Below are positions 10,438-21,086 of a stretch of 64,000 nucleotides of DNA, one piece after another. This DNA comes from a virus. Lineage: Duplodnaviria; Caudoviricetes. Position 1 is the stretch's first letter. Every line of letters starts with the position of its first letter. The stretch lies in IMG/VR virus record IMGVR_UViG_3300048926_000317, positions 1-64,000 of that record; one strand, 5' to 3'. The notes beneath the pieces were generated by a model. It worked only from the letters and a program-made list of their open reading frames with translations. It was not told the origin of the DNA and ran no database searches. Position numbers and translations under genes: made by a program.

Positions 10438-12813
10438 ATGATTAATACATACAAATACCCAAATGAATTAGTTTCCAACGAAGAGAAAGATTCTTTTGAA
10501 TTTGGGAAGAAATACGCAGAAGCCATTTGGAGTGAATGGGATCATAAGCTTTCAATGAATAAGCAAAAATTTAAACTCAATAGAGCTTATGCTATTGGTG
10601 ATCATCCTATAGAAAGATGTAAGAAAAATATAAAGCGTAGATATATCAATGATGAATTTTTACATATTGATTGGGATGATAAATTAAATTTGTTACCAAA
10701 GCTTTTAAGAAAAGTTTACAATAGTGTTGACATGAAGGAGTTTACGCCTTCTGTTTATGCATTAGACCCAACTGCTAGGGAAGAAAAATCAACTAGGAAA
10801 AATGAAAAGCTAGATTTATTCTATGCTAAAGATTTTATCCAACAGATGGCGCAAGTTAATGGAGGATTTTCAGATATTCCGGCAGAACAAATTCCTGAAT
10901 CAAAAGAACAAGTAGAACTTGAAGAACTAACAGAACAGCCTTTATCAATAGAAACCGCTGAAGAATTAGTTTTACAATCAGTCTCAAAAGAAAATATGTT
11001 TGAAGAGATTCAATCTAAAGTTTTAAAAGATGCTGTAGAATGTGGATTAGGCGTTGCTGCAGTTGAAACATGTAAAGTTGAAGGAATTAAAATAAGATGG
11101 GTAAGACCTGAAAATTTTATACATTCAAAAACAAATAATAAATTTTTTACAGACTGCACATATTTTGCTGAGGAAAGATTAATCAGTATCTATCAATTAA
11201 AAAACATAGCTAAAGCATCAGGAATTGTTTTACTTGACGAAGATATTAGAAAAATGGTAATGGCTACGGTGAATGAAGATATTGATGATAATAAAACATT
11301 GGTTAGAGTCCTTTATTATAATTTTGAAACTTTTCACCAAACAGTCCTAAAAAAGAAAATTGATAGAGAAACAAAAGCTATTAAACTAATTGACAGAACA
11401 AAAGATATAGGAACTGATAAAGAGTATAATCCTGATCCTAATTACAAATCAGATGTTTCAGAGAAAATTTCTTCCAACCATTCTGTGTGGTATGAAGGAA
11501 TAATGGTTTTAAGTAACGAAAGAAAAGTTATCAGACATAGACTTATTGAGAATATGCCGGAGTATAAAGGAAATATCCTGCCTCCATATATTGCTTTTGC
11601 GCCTCGTATTACCGATACTGGTTATAACCCTATTGTTGAAGAAGTTATCCCCAGAGTAGATTCTATTCAGGAATTAAGAATGAGAATTACTCACCAAAGA
11701 AATAAACTCCGAGGTATTATTTCTGAGATTGATCCGGATATGATTGCAAATATAACTTTAGGGAATAAAAAACTTACTCCAGATGAAGTTTTATCATTCT
11801 ATTTCTCATTGGATATTGCATTTAGAAAAACACTGGATGAAGATGGGGAACCAACTCAAGGCAATCGTGCATTAACGGAAATACCTACCGGAATTCCTTA
11901 TGCCCTACGTGAACTTATGGTTCAATTTGTGGAAGATGTAAGATTGCTGGATGAATCATTCGGATATCTAGGGTTTGACCAAGCTAAACCAGACCCTAAA
12001 ACACTCTTTGATATTGAGCCTTACAGATTATCTGATAATATTCAGATGAAGGATTATAGCGACTCTTTGCATACTTGGTCCATATTAATATTCCAAGTAG
12101 TAAGTTCAAGAATTAATGATATTTTTAAATGGAGTAATATTAAGGATAAATATATTGGGATGATTGGCACGGATGATGTGGATATTTTAGAAAAGTATAA
12201 AAATAGATCATCACATTACTTCGGTATTTATCAGGATTATGTGCCAACGCGACAAGAAAGGATGGCTCTTATTCAAAATGTAAATAGTTATGTTACTCAA
12301 CAGATTATAGATCCTTTAGATGGTGAGGAAATTTTAAATATTAGAAATAAAAAAGTTGCACTAAGGACTTTAAGACTTAAAATTGATAAACGCAAAAAAG
12401 AGAATCAGGATTTTGAAATGCAAAAAGTCCAGGAAGCCAACAATGGAAATATCCAGGCATCAAGAATTTCTAATGAAGAGAAAAGAATTACTATACAACT
12501 TGAAGCAGAATTAAAAGCAAAACAGAAACGTGAGGAATTTGAAATGCAGATGAAATTATTAGAAGCTGAAGGATTATTAAAATTACAAACAGAAAACGAA
12601 AGAAGTAATTTTAAAGCTAGATTGGAGCAAATGAGAATGGATTTCCAATCTAATGAAACTGCTTTTAAAAAAGATAGAGATGAAGAAATTAGAATAAAAG
12701 GTATTGATAAAAGCGCTGACAATCAGCAACAATTAATAAAACTTCGTAATGGAGAAATAGATAATATTAGAGAAGAAAACAATCCTGAAATAAACCTTTC
12801 AAATACAATATAA
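10438..12813 (+). CDS. Portal protein
   Basis: 791 aa following terL. Has a YPNELVSNEEKDSFEFG N-terminus and a long coiled-coil C-terminus, as in crAss-like/podovirus portals. Confidence 0.88.
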   Translation: MINTYKYPNELVSNEEKDSFEFGKKYAEAIWSEWDHKLSMNKQKFKLNRAYAIGDHPIERCKKNIKRRYINDEFLHIDWDDKLNLLPKLLRKVYNSVDMKEFTPSVYALDPTAREEKSTRKNEKLDLFYAKDFIQQMAQVNGGFSDIPAEQIPESKEQVELEELTEQPLSIETAEELVLQSVSKENMFEEIQSKVLKDAVECGLGVAAVETCKVEGIKIRWVRPENFIHSKTNNKFFTDCTYFAEERLISIYQLKNIAKASGIVLLDEDIRKMVMATVNEDIDDNKTLVRVLYYNFETFHQTVLKKKIDRETKAIKLIDRTKDIGTDKEYNPDPNYKSDVSEKISSNHSVWYEGIMVLSNERKVIRHRLIENMPEYKGNILPPYIAFAPRITDTGYNPIVEEVIPRVDSIQELRMRITHQRNKLRGIISEIDPDMIANITLGNKKLTPDEVLSFYFSLDIAFRKTLDEDGEPTQGNRALTEIPTGIPYALRELMVQFVEDVRLLDESFGYLGFDQAKPDPKTLFDIEPYRLSDNIQMKDYSDSLHTWSILIFQVVSSRINDIFKWSNIKDKYIGMIGTDDVDILEKYKNRSSHYFGIYQDYVPTRQERMALIQNVNSYVTQQIIDPLDGEEILNIRNKKVALRTLRLKIDKRKKENQDFEMQKVQEANNGNIQASRISNEEKRITIQLEAELKAKQKREEFEMQMKLLEAEGLLKLQTENERSNFKARLEQMRMDFQSNETAFKKDRDEEIRIKGIDKSADNQQQLIKLRNGEIDNIREENNPEINLSNTI

Positions 12814-12814
12814 C

Positions 12815-12940
12815 ATGGGTAATTTTTTAAAAATAAAAGCATTACAACCAACCGTAATCAAACAGAAGATAGAAGAAAAGATTACTGCCATGGCAGTAAA
12901 GAAATCTAAAAAAGGATGTGCAAGCTGTGGTAAGCGTTAA
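12815..12940 (+). CDS. 41-aa basic protein with C-terminal CxxC (not in ORF track)
   Basis: MGNFLKIKALQPTVIKQKIEEKITAMAVKKSKKGCASCGKR. Starts 1 nt after the portal stop and ends at the terminator. Confidence 0.6.
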   Translation: MGNFLKIKALQPTVIKQKIEEKITAMAVKKSKKGCASCGKR

Positions 12941-12945
12941 ATAAA

Positions 12946-12975
12946 AAAATCCGGAAACTCGTGTCGCCGGATTTT
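12946..12975. terminator. Bidirectional intrinsic terminator between convergent operons
   Basis: AAAATCCGG-12 nt-CCGGATTTT with A/T runs on both sides. Confidence 0.75.
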
Positions 12976-13060
12976 GCTCTCTTTGAAAAATTTATAGAAA
13001 TGAAAAAAGTTTCTTTTTCTATAACAAAACTAGGAATTACTTTTTATATATACAAATAAA

Positions 13061-13741
13061 TTATTGTTTATTTACAATATTTTCTTGCTTCATTGCATTT
13101 ACATAATTTTCAACTTGGTCCATCTGTAAATTCAGTCCGCATATTCCTAATACTTCAACAAATATCCTTGACAGCATTATTGGATGCATATCTATATCTT
13201 GGAAGTCAGTAGCATCTTGATTGAACATTTCTACACCATTAACTACTAAATAGGTCCATTTAGGCTGTTTTAATTTTCTAAAATAAGTAATAGTTATTGG
13301 AGTTTTAAAAGGTTGTGTTTTTACAATATTCTCATTCAAAGTATATATTGGACTGCATATTGTCGGAGCCATCTTACTAGATCTAGTTAATGAATTAAAC
13401 ACTTTCAAATCTGTCTTTTCATATTCAACATCTTCATCAAAAACAGAGCTTAAAAACATTACATCTTCAGCTAATGTAAATTCTCTACCACTCGTTACAA
13501 TATTCCTTTCTCGAACAAAATATTCTAGGACCTGCTTTAAATTAAATGCTTCATTACCATATCCGGCACTATCTTGAAATCTCATCTTTCGATAATTCAA
13601 TTTACGGAAGTCTGCAAATAATTCTGCATAAATTTTCATTAAGGCCTCATATAAAGCTGAATTATATTCAGATGGAGAAATTTTCCCCATCTGATTTTTA
13701 TTTAAAGCTGTGTTTATAATATTGTAAAGTATGTTGATCAT
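13061..13741 (-). CDS. Tail ring/neck protein
   Basis: LYNIINTALNKNQMGKISPSEYN N-terminus and ITYFRKLKQPKWTY, typical of ring proteins in Bacteroidota podovirus head operons. Confidence 0.65.
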   Translation of the reverse strand: MINILYNIINTALNKNQMGKISPSEYNSALYEALMKIYAELFADFRKLNYRKMRFQDSAGYGNEAFNLKQVLEYFVRERNIVTSGREFTLAEDVMFLSSVFDEDVEYEKTDLKVFNSLTRSSKMAPTICSPIYTLNENIVKTQPFKTPITITYFRKLKQPKWTYLVVNGVEMFNQDATDFQDIDMHPIMLSRIFVEVLGICGLNLQMDQVENYVNAMKQENIVNKQ

Positions 13742-13742
13742 T

Positions 13743-14654
13743 TTATACTTTTGGATTTAATTTACTATCAAGATATTCAACCATCTTGTCTCTACGAGTA
13801 ATTTCAACATATTCATCTAAATCATATCCTTTAGATTTAGCGTATTCTTTCATGTCTACAAGCTTATCAGGATATATGTTTCCAGCATCAGTTGGTTCAG
13901 ATAAAGTTTTAGCATCTTTTGATACTACTTTATCTACCATCTTTTGACCAATTAATTGTTTTAAAGTTTGACCTTCTTCAGTAGTTGCATATTCTGTTAA
14001 TGCATCTATAGGTTTTACTCCAACTGTAACATTAATAATTTTTGCCCCTCCATGTTTTTCTCCCCATGTGATTTCAGTTCCGGATTGATCTTCTTTAATA
14101 TATCCTTTAGCGAACGCTAAGGCCCACCATGTAGAAGAAGAATTTTTCTCTTTGTCTAAAAGTGCTTCAATAGTATCCGCCTCATTATTAGCCTTAGCCA
14201 ATAATTGCATTTTAAGACCATCATAACTACCTTCTTCCTTAACCATATTTAAAGCCGTCTGCCCAAATACTTGATATCCTAAACCTAATAATTCTTCGTT
14301 ATTTAAATTAGAAACTTTTAGTACGGTATTGACATTTGCCATAACACTTTCTAATGCTTTCTTATTTTCTTCAGCCTGGTCGTATATTTTTATTTTTTTT
14401 CCGAAGTAAGGTTTGGATTCAAGCCATTTTTGAGTTGTAGGATCTGATATAACCATTTTTTCTGTGGCTACTCTAAATCTATTGATAACTGCATTTGGTC
14501 TTTGCTTTTTTATATTTAATTCTGAATCTCCTTTTACAAGTCTCCATGTTTCTTTGGTCCCGTCTTCTAGATTTACTTCATGTTCTGGTTTTAAAACCAT
14601 ATTCACTAATGTTCTATCGAACATATAAATTACATTTTTATTTTTCTTTGCCAT
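13743..14654 (-). CDS. Conserved protein downstream of the MCP (putative virion/assembly factor)
   Basis: 303 aa between the MCP and the ring gene. Assignment is by synteny only. Confidence 0.5.
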   Translation of the reverse strand: MAKKNKNVIYMFDRTLVNMVLKPEHEVNLEDGTKETWRLVKGDSELNIKKQRPNAVINRFRVATEKMVISDPTTQKWLESKPYFGKKIKIYDQAEENKKALESVMANVNTVLKVSNLNNEELLGLGYQVFGQTALNMVKEEGSYDGLKMQLLAKANNEADTIEALLDKEKNSSSTWWALAFAKGYIKEDQSGTEITWGEKHGGAKIINVTVGVKPIDALTEYATTEEGQTLKQLIGQKMVDKVVSKDAKTLSEPTDAGNIYPDKLVDMKEYAKSKGYDLDEYVEITRRDKMVEYLDSKLNPKV

Positions 14655-14681
14655 TTTATTTATTAATTTATTTAAATAAAA

Positions 14682-14715
14682 GTATCTCTACGGAAATATT
14701 ATTCCATAGAGATAC
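14682..14715 (-). terminator. Intrinsic terminator after the MCP
   Basis: GTATCTCTATGGAA-6 nt-TTCCGTAGAGATAC followed by TTTT on the minus strand (14 bp stem with one G:U). Confidence 0.8.
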
Positions 14716-14729
14716 AAAAATAATACAGA

Positions 14730-16130
14730 CTATTCTTCTTCTGCTGGTACGGCTACTCCAATAATCCATTTTTCAGGATGGAATAATGCAATAGTCATTT
14801 TGTTTACATAATCAATTTTATGATTTCCACAGCTTTGTTCACCGCTTTCTACTCTCATAAATTTATATGCTCTTTTGTTCAAATCTTGGAACCAAACAAT
14901 TTGTAAGTATCCAACTTTAGTTTTTACTCCATTAAGTACTCTTGTAAGATTACCTTCTGGAATAATTACATAATGGTATCTTGCTGCAAGGTTCTCAGAA
15001 AGAGAATTTAATGCAGACCATTCTTTAAAGATCAATGTAACGCCATCAACTTTAAGCCCACCAAAACCAATGTAAAACATTTGATTGGTATGATCTGTAA
15101 ATGGATCAAATTGTAATTGAGTGAAATTTGGAATCAGCTCATTAATTTTTGACATTTGGTCATCACTACATCTAAGTGTAGCAGTTTTAATACCTTCTCT
15201 TTTAAGATATTTAGTAATCTCTTTTAAATCTGCAAAAGATTCGATCATTCCTTCGAACTTTAAAGCTCTTTTATCAAGGATAGGGAAGATACCATTTAAA
15301 CCTCTTGCAATTTTTCCGGAAGCCGTAGCTTGCGCCTCAGTCAATCTTGTTCCAAAAGCCATTTGCCATTCAGCTCTTTCAAGTAAAGACATCTGGGCTT
15401 GTTGTAATCTTTCATCTACTGTAACGAAATCTCCATTTCCAACTTCTAAAAGGTCATAAGCTCCGCCTCCCTCATTTGCAATAGTTTCATCACAATACTC
15501 AGTACATTGTCCGTCTTTGAACATTGAGTTCTCTCTTGTTGGAGCATAAGTTTTATATCCGATACACGGCGCACATTCGCAATGATCTAAATTATAACCG
15601 TAGAAGAAAATATCTAAATCAGTTAATCCAATAGTCCAAGCTGTAGCTCCTTCCCCAATCCACTTAGCTGTAAATGATTTATGATCTGCAGCAATCGCTG
15701 TAATCTCTCCATGATTCATTTCTCCTGCTGGATCAATTACCATAAAGTTCATTCCAACTTCAGCAATGATCTGTGCATTTGCTGGTCTGTTAGAATCAAT
15801 ATCATAAGGATCAGCCGGAATTGCAGAAGCATTTAATGTAAATACATTCGCTGCTCTCGTGATAAGCCCTTTTCCTGTAATACTGTTTACTGAAAAATTA
15901 TTATCTTCTTCTTTCCAAACGATCTGGTCTGTAGAAACAGCCATTTCTCTCCCCTGAATCATTAACTGAGCCATTAGAGATGTGTCGTCCATTTTCTCTG
16001 CTACATATCTTCCGATATATTCAGGCTTCCAAAGTCCTGTAATTTCAAGCTCAGAGATAAGGGGTCTTTGTTCTTCTTCGATTTGACTAACGAAATATTT
16101 TTCGGGTTGTGTCGTAATTGTAATCGCCAT
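14730..16130 (-). CDS. Major capsid protein (HK97 fold, crAss-like size)
   Basis: 466 aa following an acidic scaffold gene and followed by a strong terminator. The STDQIVWKEE motif and insertion domain resemble crAss-like MCPs. Confidence 0.82.
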   Translation of the reverse strand: MAITITTQPEKYFVSQIEEEQRPLISELEITGLWKPEYIGRYVAEKMDDTSLMAQLMIQGREMAVSTDQIVWKEEDNNFSVNSITGKGLITRAANVFTLNASAIPADPYDIDSNRPANAQIIAEVGMNFMVIDPAGEMNHGEITAIAADHKSFTAKWIGEGATAWTIGLTDLDIFFYGYNLDHCECAPCIGYKTYAPTRENSMFKDGQCTEYCDETIANEGGGAYDLLEVGNGDFVTVDERLQQAQMSLLERAEWQMAFGTRLTEAQATASGKIARGLNGIFPILDKRALKFEGMIESFADLKEITKYLKREGIKTATLRCSDDQMSKINELIPNFTQLQFDPFTDHTNQMFYIGFGGLKVDGVTLIFKEWSALNSLSENLAARYHYVIIPEGNLTRVLNGVKTKVGYLQIVWFQDLNKRAYKFMRVESGEQSCGNHKIDYVNKMTIALFHPEKWIIGVAVPAEEE

Positions 16131-16160
16131 TTTGTTTACTTTTTAAATTTTTAAATTAAA

Positions 16161-17216
16161 TTAAAAACCACCTCTATTCCTGCTGAATAGTTTATCTACA
16201 ACATCCCCTCTTTCTGTAGATTGCGGAACAGATCTTCCATCAGCATTGTCAAGTGTAATATTTCTTCTTAACTTATCGGTGTTGGCTCTATCATTTAAGA
16301 TGGCTTGCTCAATCATAAAATCAATCATAGGTTGTCTTGTTTTAGGATTTGCCCATAAAGTATTGTTGGTGATGAATCCCTTAGCATCTTTGATGTTTTG
16401 TTTTTCATCGAAATATTCATTGCCGATCTGTGAAATATCCTCAGCTCCTTTTCTCATTTCCGTTTTGAAATTTTCATCCGGAACGAAAGAAACGGTTTTA
16501 CCCTGAACTTCCAAATCAATCTTATTTAAATCAGGTAAAGCTTTATAAATTTCAGTCCTGTAATTTTGGAGATATTCTAAATGCTGGTTTTTAGCATCTT
16601 CCACGAATTTTTCGATTGAAGGAAATTCTGCCTGAGCAGGTGTTTGAGTTTCTAGACTGTCGCCGTCAAAATTTAATTCATTTTTAACGAAGTCTTCACG
16701 CCATTCTCTGGCCTTCTGAATCATTGCTTCTCGATCTCCTTTTCGCTTTAGATTTTCTAAAGCAGTTTCGTCATTTTCAAATTCGGGATCAAAATCAGGA
16801 TCTTGTTCTTTCAACTCCAATTGTTTTAAAGCATACTCGATTTGTGATTTAGTCTTTCCTTCTTTTTCAGAAAGATATGACTTTAATAAATCATCTTCTT
16901 GTAAACTTTCAACTGGTGTTGTTAAAGCTTTGTAATCATCCAATGTCTTCTCTGGGTACTTTGTCAAATAAGCATTCATTCTTGCTACTTCTTCATTAGC
17001 GAATTGGCTTTTTGGCTTTTCCTCAGGAACAACTATTGGTTCTTGATTAGTTATAGGCTGCTCTACTGCAGTCTCGATAGTTTCTATTGTGGTTTCTTCT
17101 GGTGCAGTTTGAACTTCTACCGGAGTGGGTGTTTCAGAATTTTCCTCTGGAACATTCACTATTGGTGTTGCTGAAGCCTCTTCTCTACTGACTTTTATTT
17201 CGTCTAATATGCTCAT
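16161..17216 (-). CDS. Putative scaffolding protein
   Basis: Very acidic, P/E/T-rich disordered N-terminus followed by helices. Immediately upstream of the MCP. Confidence 0.65.
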   Translation of the reverse strand: MSILDEIKVSREEASATPIVNVPEENSETPTPVEVQTAPEETTIETIETAVEQPITNQEPIVVPEEKPKSQFANEEVARMNAYLTKYPEKTLDDYKALTTPVESLQEDDLLKSYLSEKEGKTKSQIEYALKQLELKEQDPDFDPEFENDETALENLKRKGDREAMIQKAREWREDFVKNELNFDGDSLETQTPAQAEFPSIEKFVEDAKNQHLEYLQNYRTEIYKALPDLNKIDLEVQGKTVSFVPDENFKTEMRKGAEDISQIGNEYFDEKQNIKDAKGFITNNTLWANPKTRQPMIDFMIEQAILNDRANTDKLRRNITLDNADGRSVPQSTERGDVVDKLFSRNRGGF

Positions 17217-17317
17217 AGGTCTTGTATATTTTAAAACAAAAATATGTATAACTTATATTTTTATATTGGTTGCTAAAAATTAACACATTAATCCTTGGTT
17301 TATATTAAGATATATTA

Positions 17318-17325
17318 TATATTTG
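17318..17325 (+). promoter_or_regulatory. -7 element TATATTTG; probably yields a leaderless mRNA
   Basis: The ATG at 17330 is only 4 nt downstream of the element. Confidence 0.55.
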
Positions 17326-17329
17326 TGAT

Positions 17330-17707
17330 ATGTTTAAGTCTAAGAAGCTGTGCCTAGATTGTAAAAAGCCTTTTATTTTTAGTAAAGGACTTTGTAAGTT
17401 TTGCTGGCAAATAAAATTTAGCAAACCAATTAAAAAAGTTTCGGAGAAGCAAGCAGAAAAAAATGCTGAATATAAAATAATTCGTGATCAATTTGTAAAA
17501 GATAATCCGATTTGTCAGGCAAACATAAATAATAATAAAACTAAATGTACCAAAGAAACTACTCAAGTTCATCATATGGCTGGCCGAATCGAATATAGGC
17601 TTATAAATATAGAGGATTTCTTAGCATGCTGTTTCAATTGTCATAACTACATCGAGTTGCATGTAGAAGAGGCGAAACAATTAGGATTTAGTAAAAATAG
17701 ATTATGA
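17330..17707 (+). CDS. HNH endonuclease with N-terminal zinc finger
   Basis: CLDC/CKFC, then CQ...CT..TTQVHHMAGR...FLACCFNCHNYIE. Confidence 0.75.
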   Translation: MFKSKKLCLDCKKPFIFSKGLCKFCWQIKFSKPIKKVSEKQAEKNAEYKIIRDQFVKDNPICQANINNNKTKCTKETTQVHHMAGRIEYRLINIEDFLACCFNCHNYIELHVEEAKQLGFSKNRL

Positions 17708-18363
17708 GAAAAAGAAACCAAGATGAAATAATAGGTTTGACTTTTAATAATTTAACAGTTTTAAAAGAAGTTGAAAAATTCACTCAACCGTCAGGTCAAG
17801 AACAAAGGAGTTTTGAATGCTTATGCAAATGTGGCGCAATTAAAAGAATTAGAAGATCTCATTTAGTTTCAAACAGAGTTAAAAGCTGTGGTTGTCTTGG
17901 AAAAAAAAGAAATGGGCAAGGAGCTTCTTTATTATGTAAAGTGTGGAGGTCTATGAAAGATCGATGTGATGGAAAAGGATCAGATGCGAACAGGAGAAAT
18001 TATAAAGATAAAAACATACGAGTTTGTCAAGATTGGATTAATGACTTTGAGTCTTTTAGGATCTGGTCTGAAAATAATGGTTATAAAAAAGGATTAGAGA
18101 TTGATCGAAGGGATAATTCAAGAGGTTATTCTCCTGACAATTGTAGATGGGTAACCAAATTAGTTAATTCTAATAATACATGTACAAATATATATGTAGA
18201 GTATAAAGGAGAAAAAATAGCCTTGATGAATTTAATCAGAATATTAAATCTAAAAGAAAGACCTGAATTCTATAGATATAGAATAAATGCTGGTTGGGAA
18301 TTAGATAAAGCATTAAACAAACCAGCAAAAAAAACATATACTAGGATTAAAAATAAGACATAA
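17704..18363 (+). CDS. Free-standing HNH homing endonuclease
   Basis: CLCKCG...SCGC, VWRSMKDRC, VCQDW..DFESF, LEIDRRDNSRGYSPDNCRWVT. Confidence 0.85.
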   Translation: MRKRNQDEIIGLTFNNLTVLKEVEKFTQPSGQEQRSFECLCKCGAIKRIRRSHLVSNRVKSCGCLGKKRNGQGASLLCKVWRSMKDRCDGKGSDANRRNYKDKNIRVCQDWINDFESFRIWSENNGYKKGLEIDRRDNSRGYSPDNCRWVTKLVNSNNTCTNIYVEYKGEKIALMNLIRILNLKERPEFYRYRINAGWELDKALNKPAKKTYTRIKNKT

Positions 18364-18374
18364 CATTCAATAAA

Positions 18375-18686
18375 ATGATAAAAACATATCGAAAAAAACC
18401 AATGTTAATAAAAGCATTACAACTTACAAAAAATAATATTGCTGAAGTATACCGATTTATTCATGGTGAGAAATCAGTTAAATTAAATTGCAATGCTGCA
18501 TATGACGCATGGGAAACTTTTGAAAATAACTGCATAGAACTAGGTGGTTTAAGACTTAAAACAATGGAGTCTGACAATGAAACTCAAATTGCTTCATTTG
18601 GCGATTTTATTATTAAAGGAATTCAGGGCGAATTTTATCCTTGTAAACCTGAGGTATTCGATAAAACTTATGAACAAGTTGAATAG
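18375..18686 (+). CDS. Conserved phage protein (YRKKP...GDFIIKGIQGEFYPCKPEVF family)
   Basis: Recognisable widespread phage family motif. Function unknown. Confidence 0.7.
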   Translation: MIKTYRKKPMLIKALQLTKNNIAEVYRFIHGEKSVKLNCNAAYDAWETFENNCIELGGLRLKTMESDNETQIASFGDFIIKGIQGEFYPCKPEVFDKTYEQVE

Positions 18687-18776
18687 TGGCACTAATAAAA
18701 TTATCAATATTTTTCGGAATACTATCAATTGCAATGACAATTGACCAAATAACAGAATTAATTAAAAAATAATACT

Positions 18777-20672
18777 ATGCAAGAAAAAGTCGTATCGCTA
18801 AATGCGTTAAAAGACCTTAAAGTTAAGGCTAAAGAAAAAATTAATGAAGCAATTCAATTTGCTAAGTATAAAGATACTCGAAGATTTGAATTCGAAAAAT
18901 GGTTTGAGCCTAAACGATGTCTTTTTAATGACTCTGAAGAGATAAATTCATTAATGAGAAAATACATTCATTATGCAAATGCACGCTATTAAAAATAAAA
19001 TAAAAGATATCCTTGAAAGCTATCTTCTTTATATTGGATATAAAATGGCTTTCATAAAAGATGATGAATTGACAGAACAAATAGAACACCGGAAAGAAAT
19101 GTGCAGTGATTGTGTTCTTAATCGATTCGGATGGTGCTCAAAAAGAAGAAAAACATTGACAATAATTGATGGGTTACACACTTTAGTTCGAGGTTGCTCA
19201 TGCTATTTGCCAGCAAAATATTTTTCTGTATTCAAAATTGATAGTTGTCCTCTAAACAAATGGGAAAAATAATATTATAAAATTGGCTGAAAAAAATTTA
19301 CATACTGCAAAATTATTTGAATATTTATTTTTTGCCCCATATAATATACAGAAGAAATTCTATAATTTTCATGGAGCAGAAACAATGAATAAATTTTACG
19401 ACCATTATGGAGATTGTAGCTTTATGGGAATTTTATTTTATCAGAATAAAGTCTACTGCCATAACATAGAAATTTATTCCTTAACCGATGATCATGCTCA
19501 CCGATATTTAGAAATTACTAACGTTTTTAATGAACTATTAAAAGAATTCAATATATTTCATTTATGCTATTTAATTCATAGAGCTACCTATAAATACTAT
19601 AGAGAAAATACTTTAACCGAAAAAATACTGGACTTAATAAAATTTCAAACGGATGAACGATATAAACCAAAATTTACATATGCAGTCACAAAACACCGAG
19701 GTAGGTATAGGCTATTTGTTGAAAGTTACCAAAATGAAAATCAGGGAGAATGGGATAGAATATTACTTTCAGCCATTAGGAAAGACTTGTATTATAGCCG
19801 CCTTATCAAATATTCCAAGCAAAGACCTGACCTTTTCAATGGCGTATATTCAGAGTTGCCAGAACTCAATACTATTACAGACAAACATGATAAATCCAAA
19901 AGTTTACGACAACAGGTTAAAAAACGAAGAAAACTCAATAAAGGAAATATACAACGTAGGAGATTATTTCGCAGAAGTAATACAAATTTTAAATTAAAAT
20001 AATATGGCATTCAATGGAAAACTCAGAGAATGGGTCAAAAAAGAGCAGTGGAAATGTGAACATATAGACCTTTTCGGAATAGTTCAAACCACTACTGGTA
20101 AAAGAAGAAATCACTACAATTATCAATCTGGATTTACTAAGAGAATATGGGATGCTATGTTAAATGATCTTATAACAAATGGGATTCGCCCTGGTGATAT
20201 ACCAAAAATATTAAGTTCTTGTGGTCTTACTATAAAATCTATAGAGCGAAAAATGTCTGGACACGAGGAAACTCATCTTTACGAAATGGAACAGATTCTT
20301 TTGGCGGCGAACTATACAATTCAATTTGATGCTGCAGAGAAAGAAATATTTAGGGTTACAAGAAAATACCCTATCTATCAAGTATCAGAAGAAATGGACC
20401 GTGTTATTATTAAGAGAAATCTTTATCCTAAGATGCATATTAATTTTAATCCGAATGATTTAAAAGATATGGAGATTGATTTTGGGAAGGAGAAGATTAT
20501 CAGTAACATTGGAATTATAAAAATGGTTAGTTATGTATTGCCGGCAATGCTTCAATACTTTAATAGTAAGGATAAAAAAACAATTAATAAGTTAAGTAAA
20601 GCTATTAGAACAGAAATAAAAAGGCAATATCTTAACGAGGAAATTTTAATAACTAATAAAAAAAGATCATGA
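18777..20672 (+). CDS. Four hypothetical proteins (18777-18992, 18973-19272 Cys-rich, 19283-20002, 20004-20672)
   Basis: Contiguous, overlapping ORFs. No recognisable domain except CxxC motifs in the second. Confidence 0.7.
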
Positions 20673-21028
20673 CAGACTTAAATGGAGAAATAATTCATAT
20701 TGGAGAAACACAAACTTTTGCTTCTGGCTTTCAGAAAAGAGAATTTGTTATTAAAACTCAAGAGCAATATAGCCAAGAAATACTACTTGAATTGTTTTCA
20801 GATAAAGTAGATTTGATAGACGCTCATAAGATTGGCGATACTGTAGATGTAGGCATCAATTTGCGGGGCAAAAGTTATACTAATACACAAGGACAAAAAC
20901 GATGGTTTAATAGTTTAGTCGCTTGGAAAATAACTAAACCCGTAACTGCTACTCCACAAGGTAAAGTTCCACAAGGAAATACACAAGATGCTTTTGGTGG
21001 TGAAAATGATAACGATCTGCCTTGGTGA
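20669..21028 (+). CDS. Single-stranded DNA-binding protein, DUF3127 family
   Basis: FQKREFVI, GDTVDVGINLRGK, WFNSLVAWKI and acidic tail NDNDLPW. Confidence 0.85.
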   Translation: MTDLNGEIIHIGETQTFASGFQKREFVIKTQEQYSQEILLELFSDKVDLIDAHKIGDTVDVGINLRGKSYTNTQGQKRWFNSLVAWKITKPVTATPQGKVPQGNTQDAFGGENDNDLPW

Positions 21029-21086
21029 GCACCACAAATAATCCAAGAATTTAAAAATGCAGGAATTCCTGTTGAAATAATAAATA

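Noticed and set aside
4812-16506. Antisense ORFs inside structural genes (4812, 7117, 7954, 12405, 14495, 15121, 16246) and similar shadow ORFs elsewhere
   Set aside because: They are fully nested opposite well-supported genes, with low-complexity F/S/L/I-rich translations.
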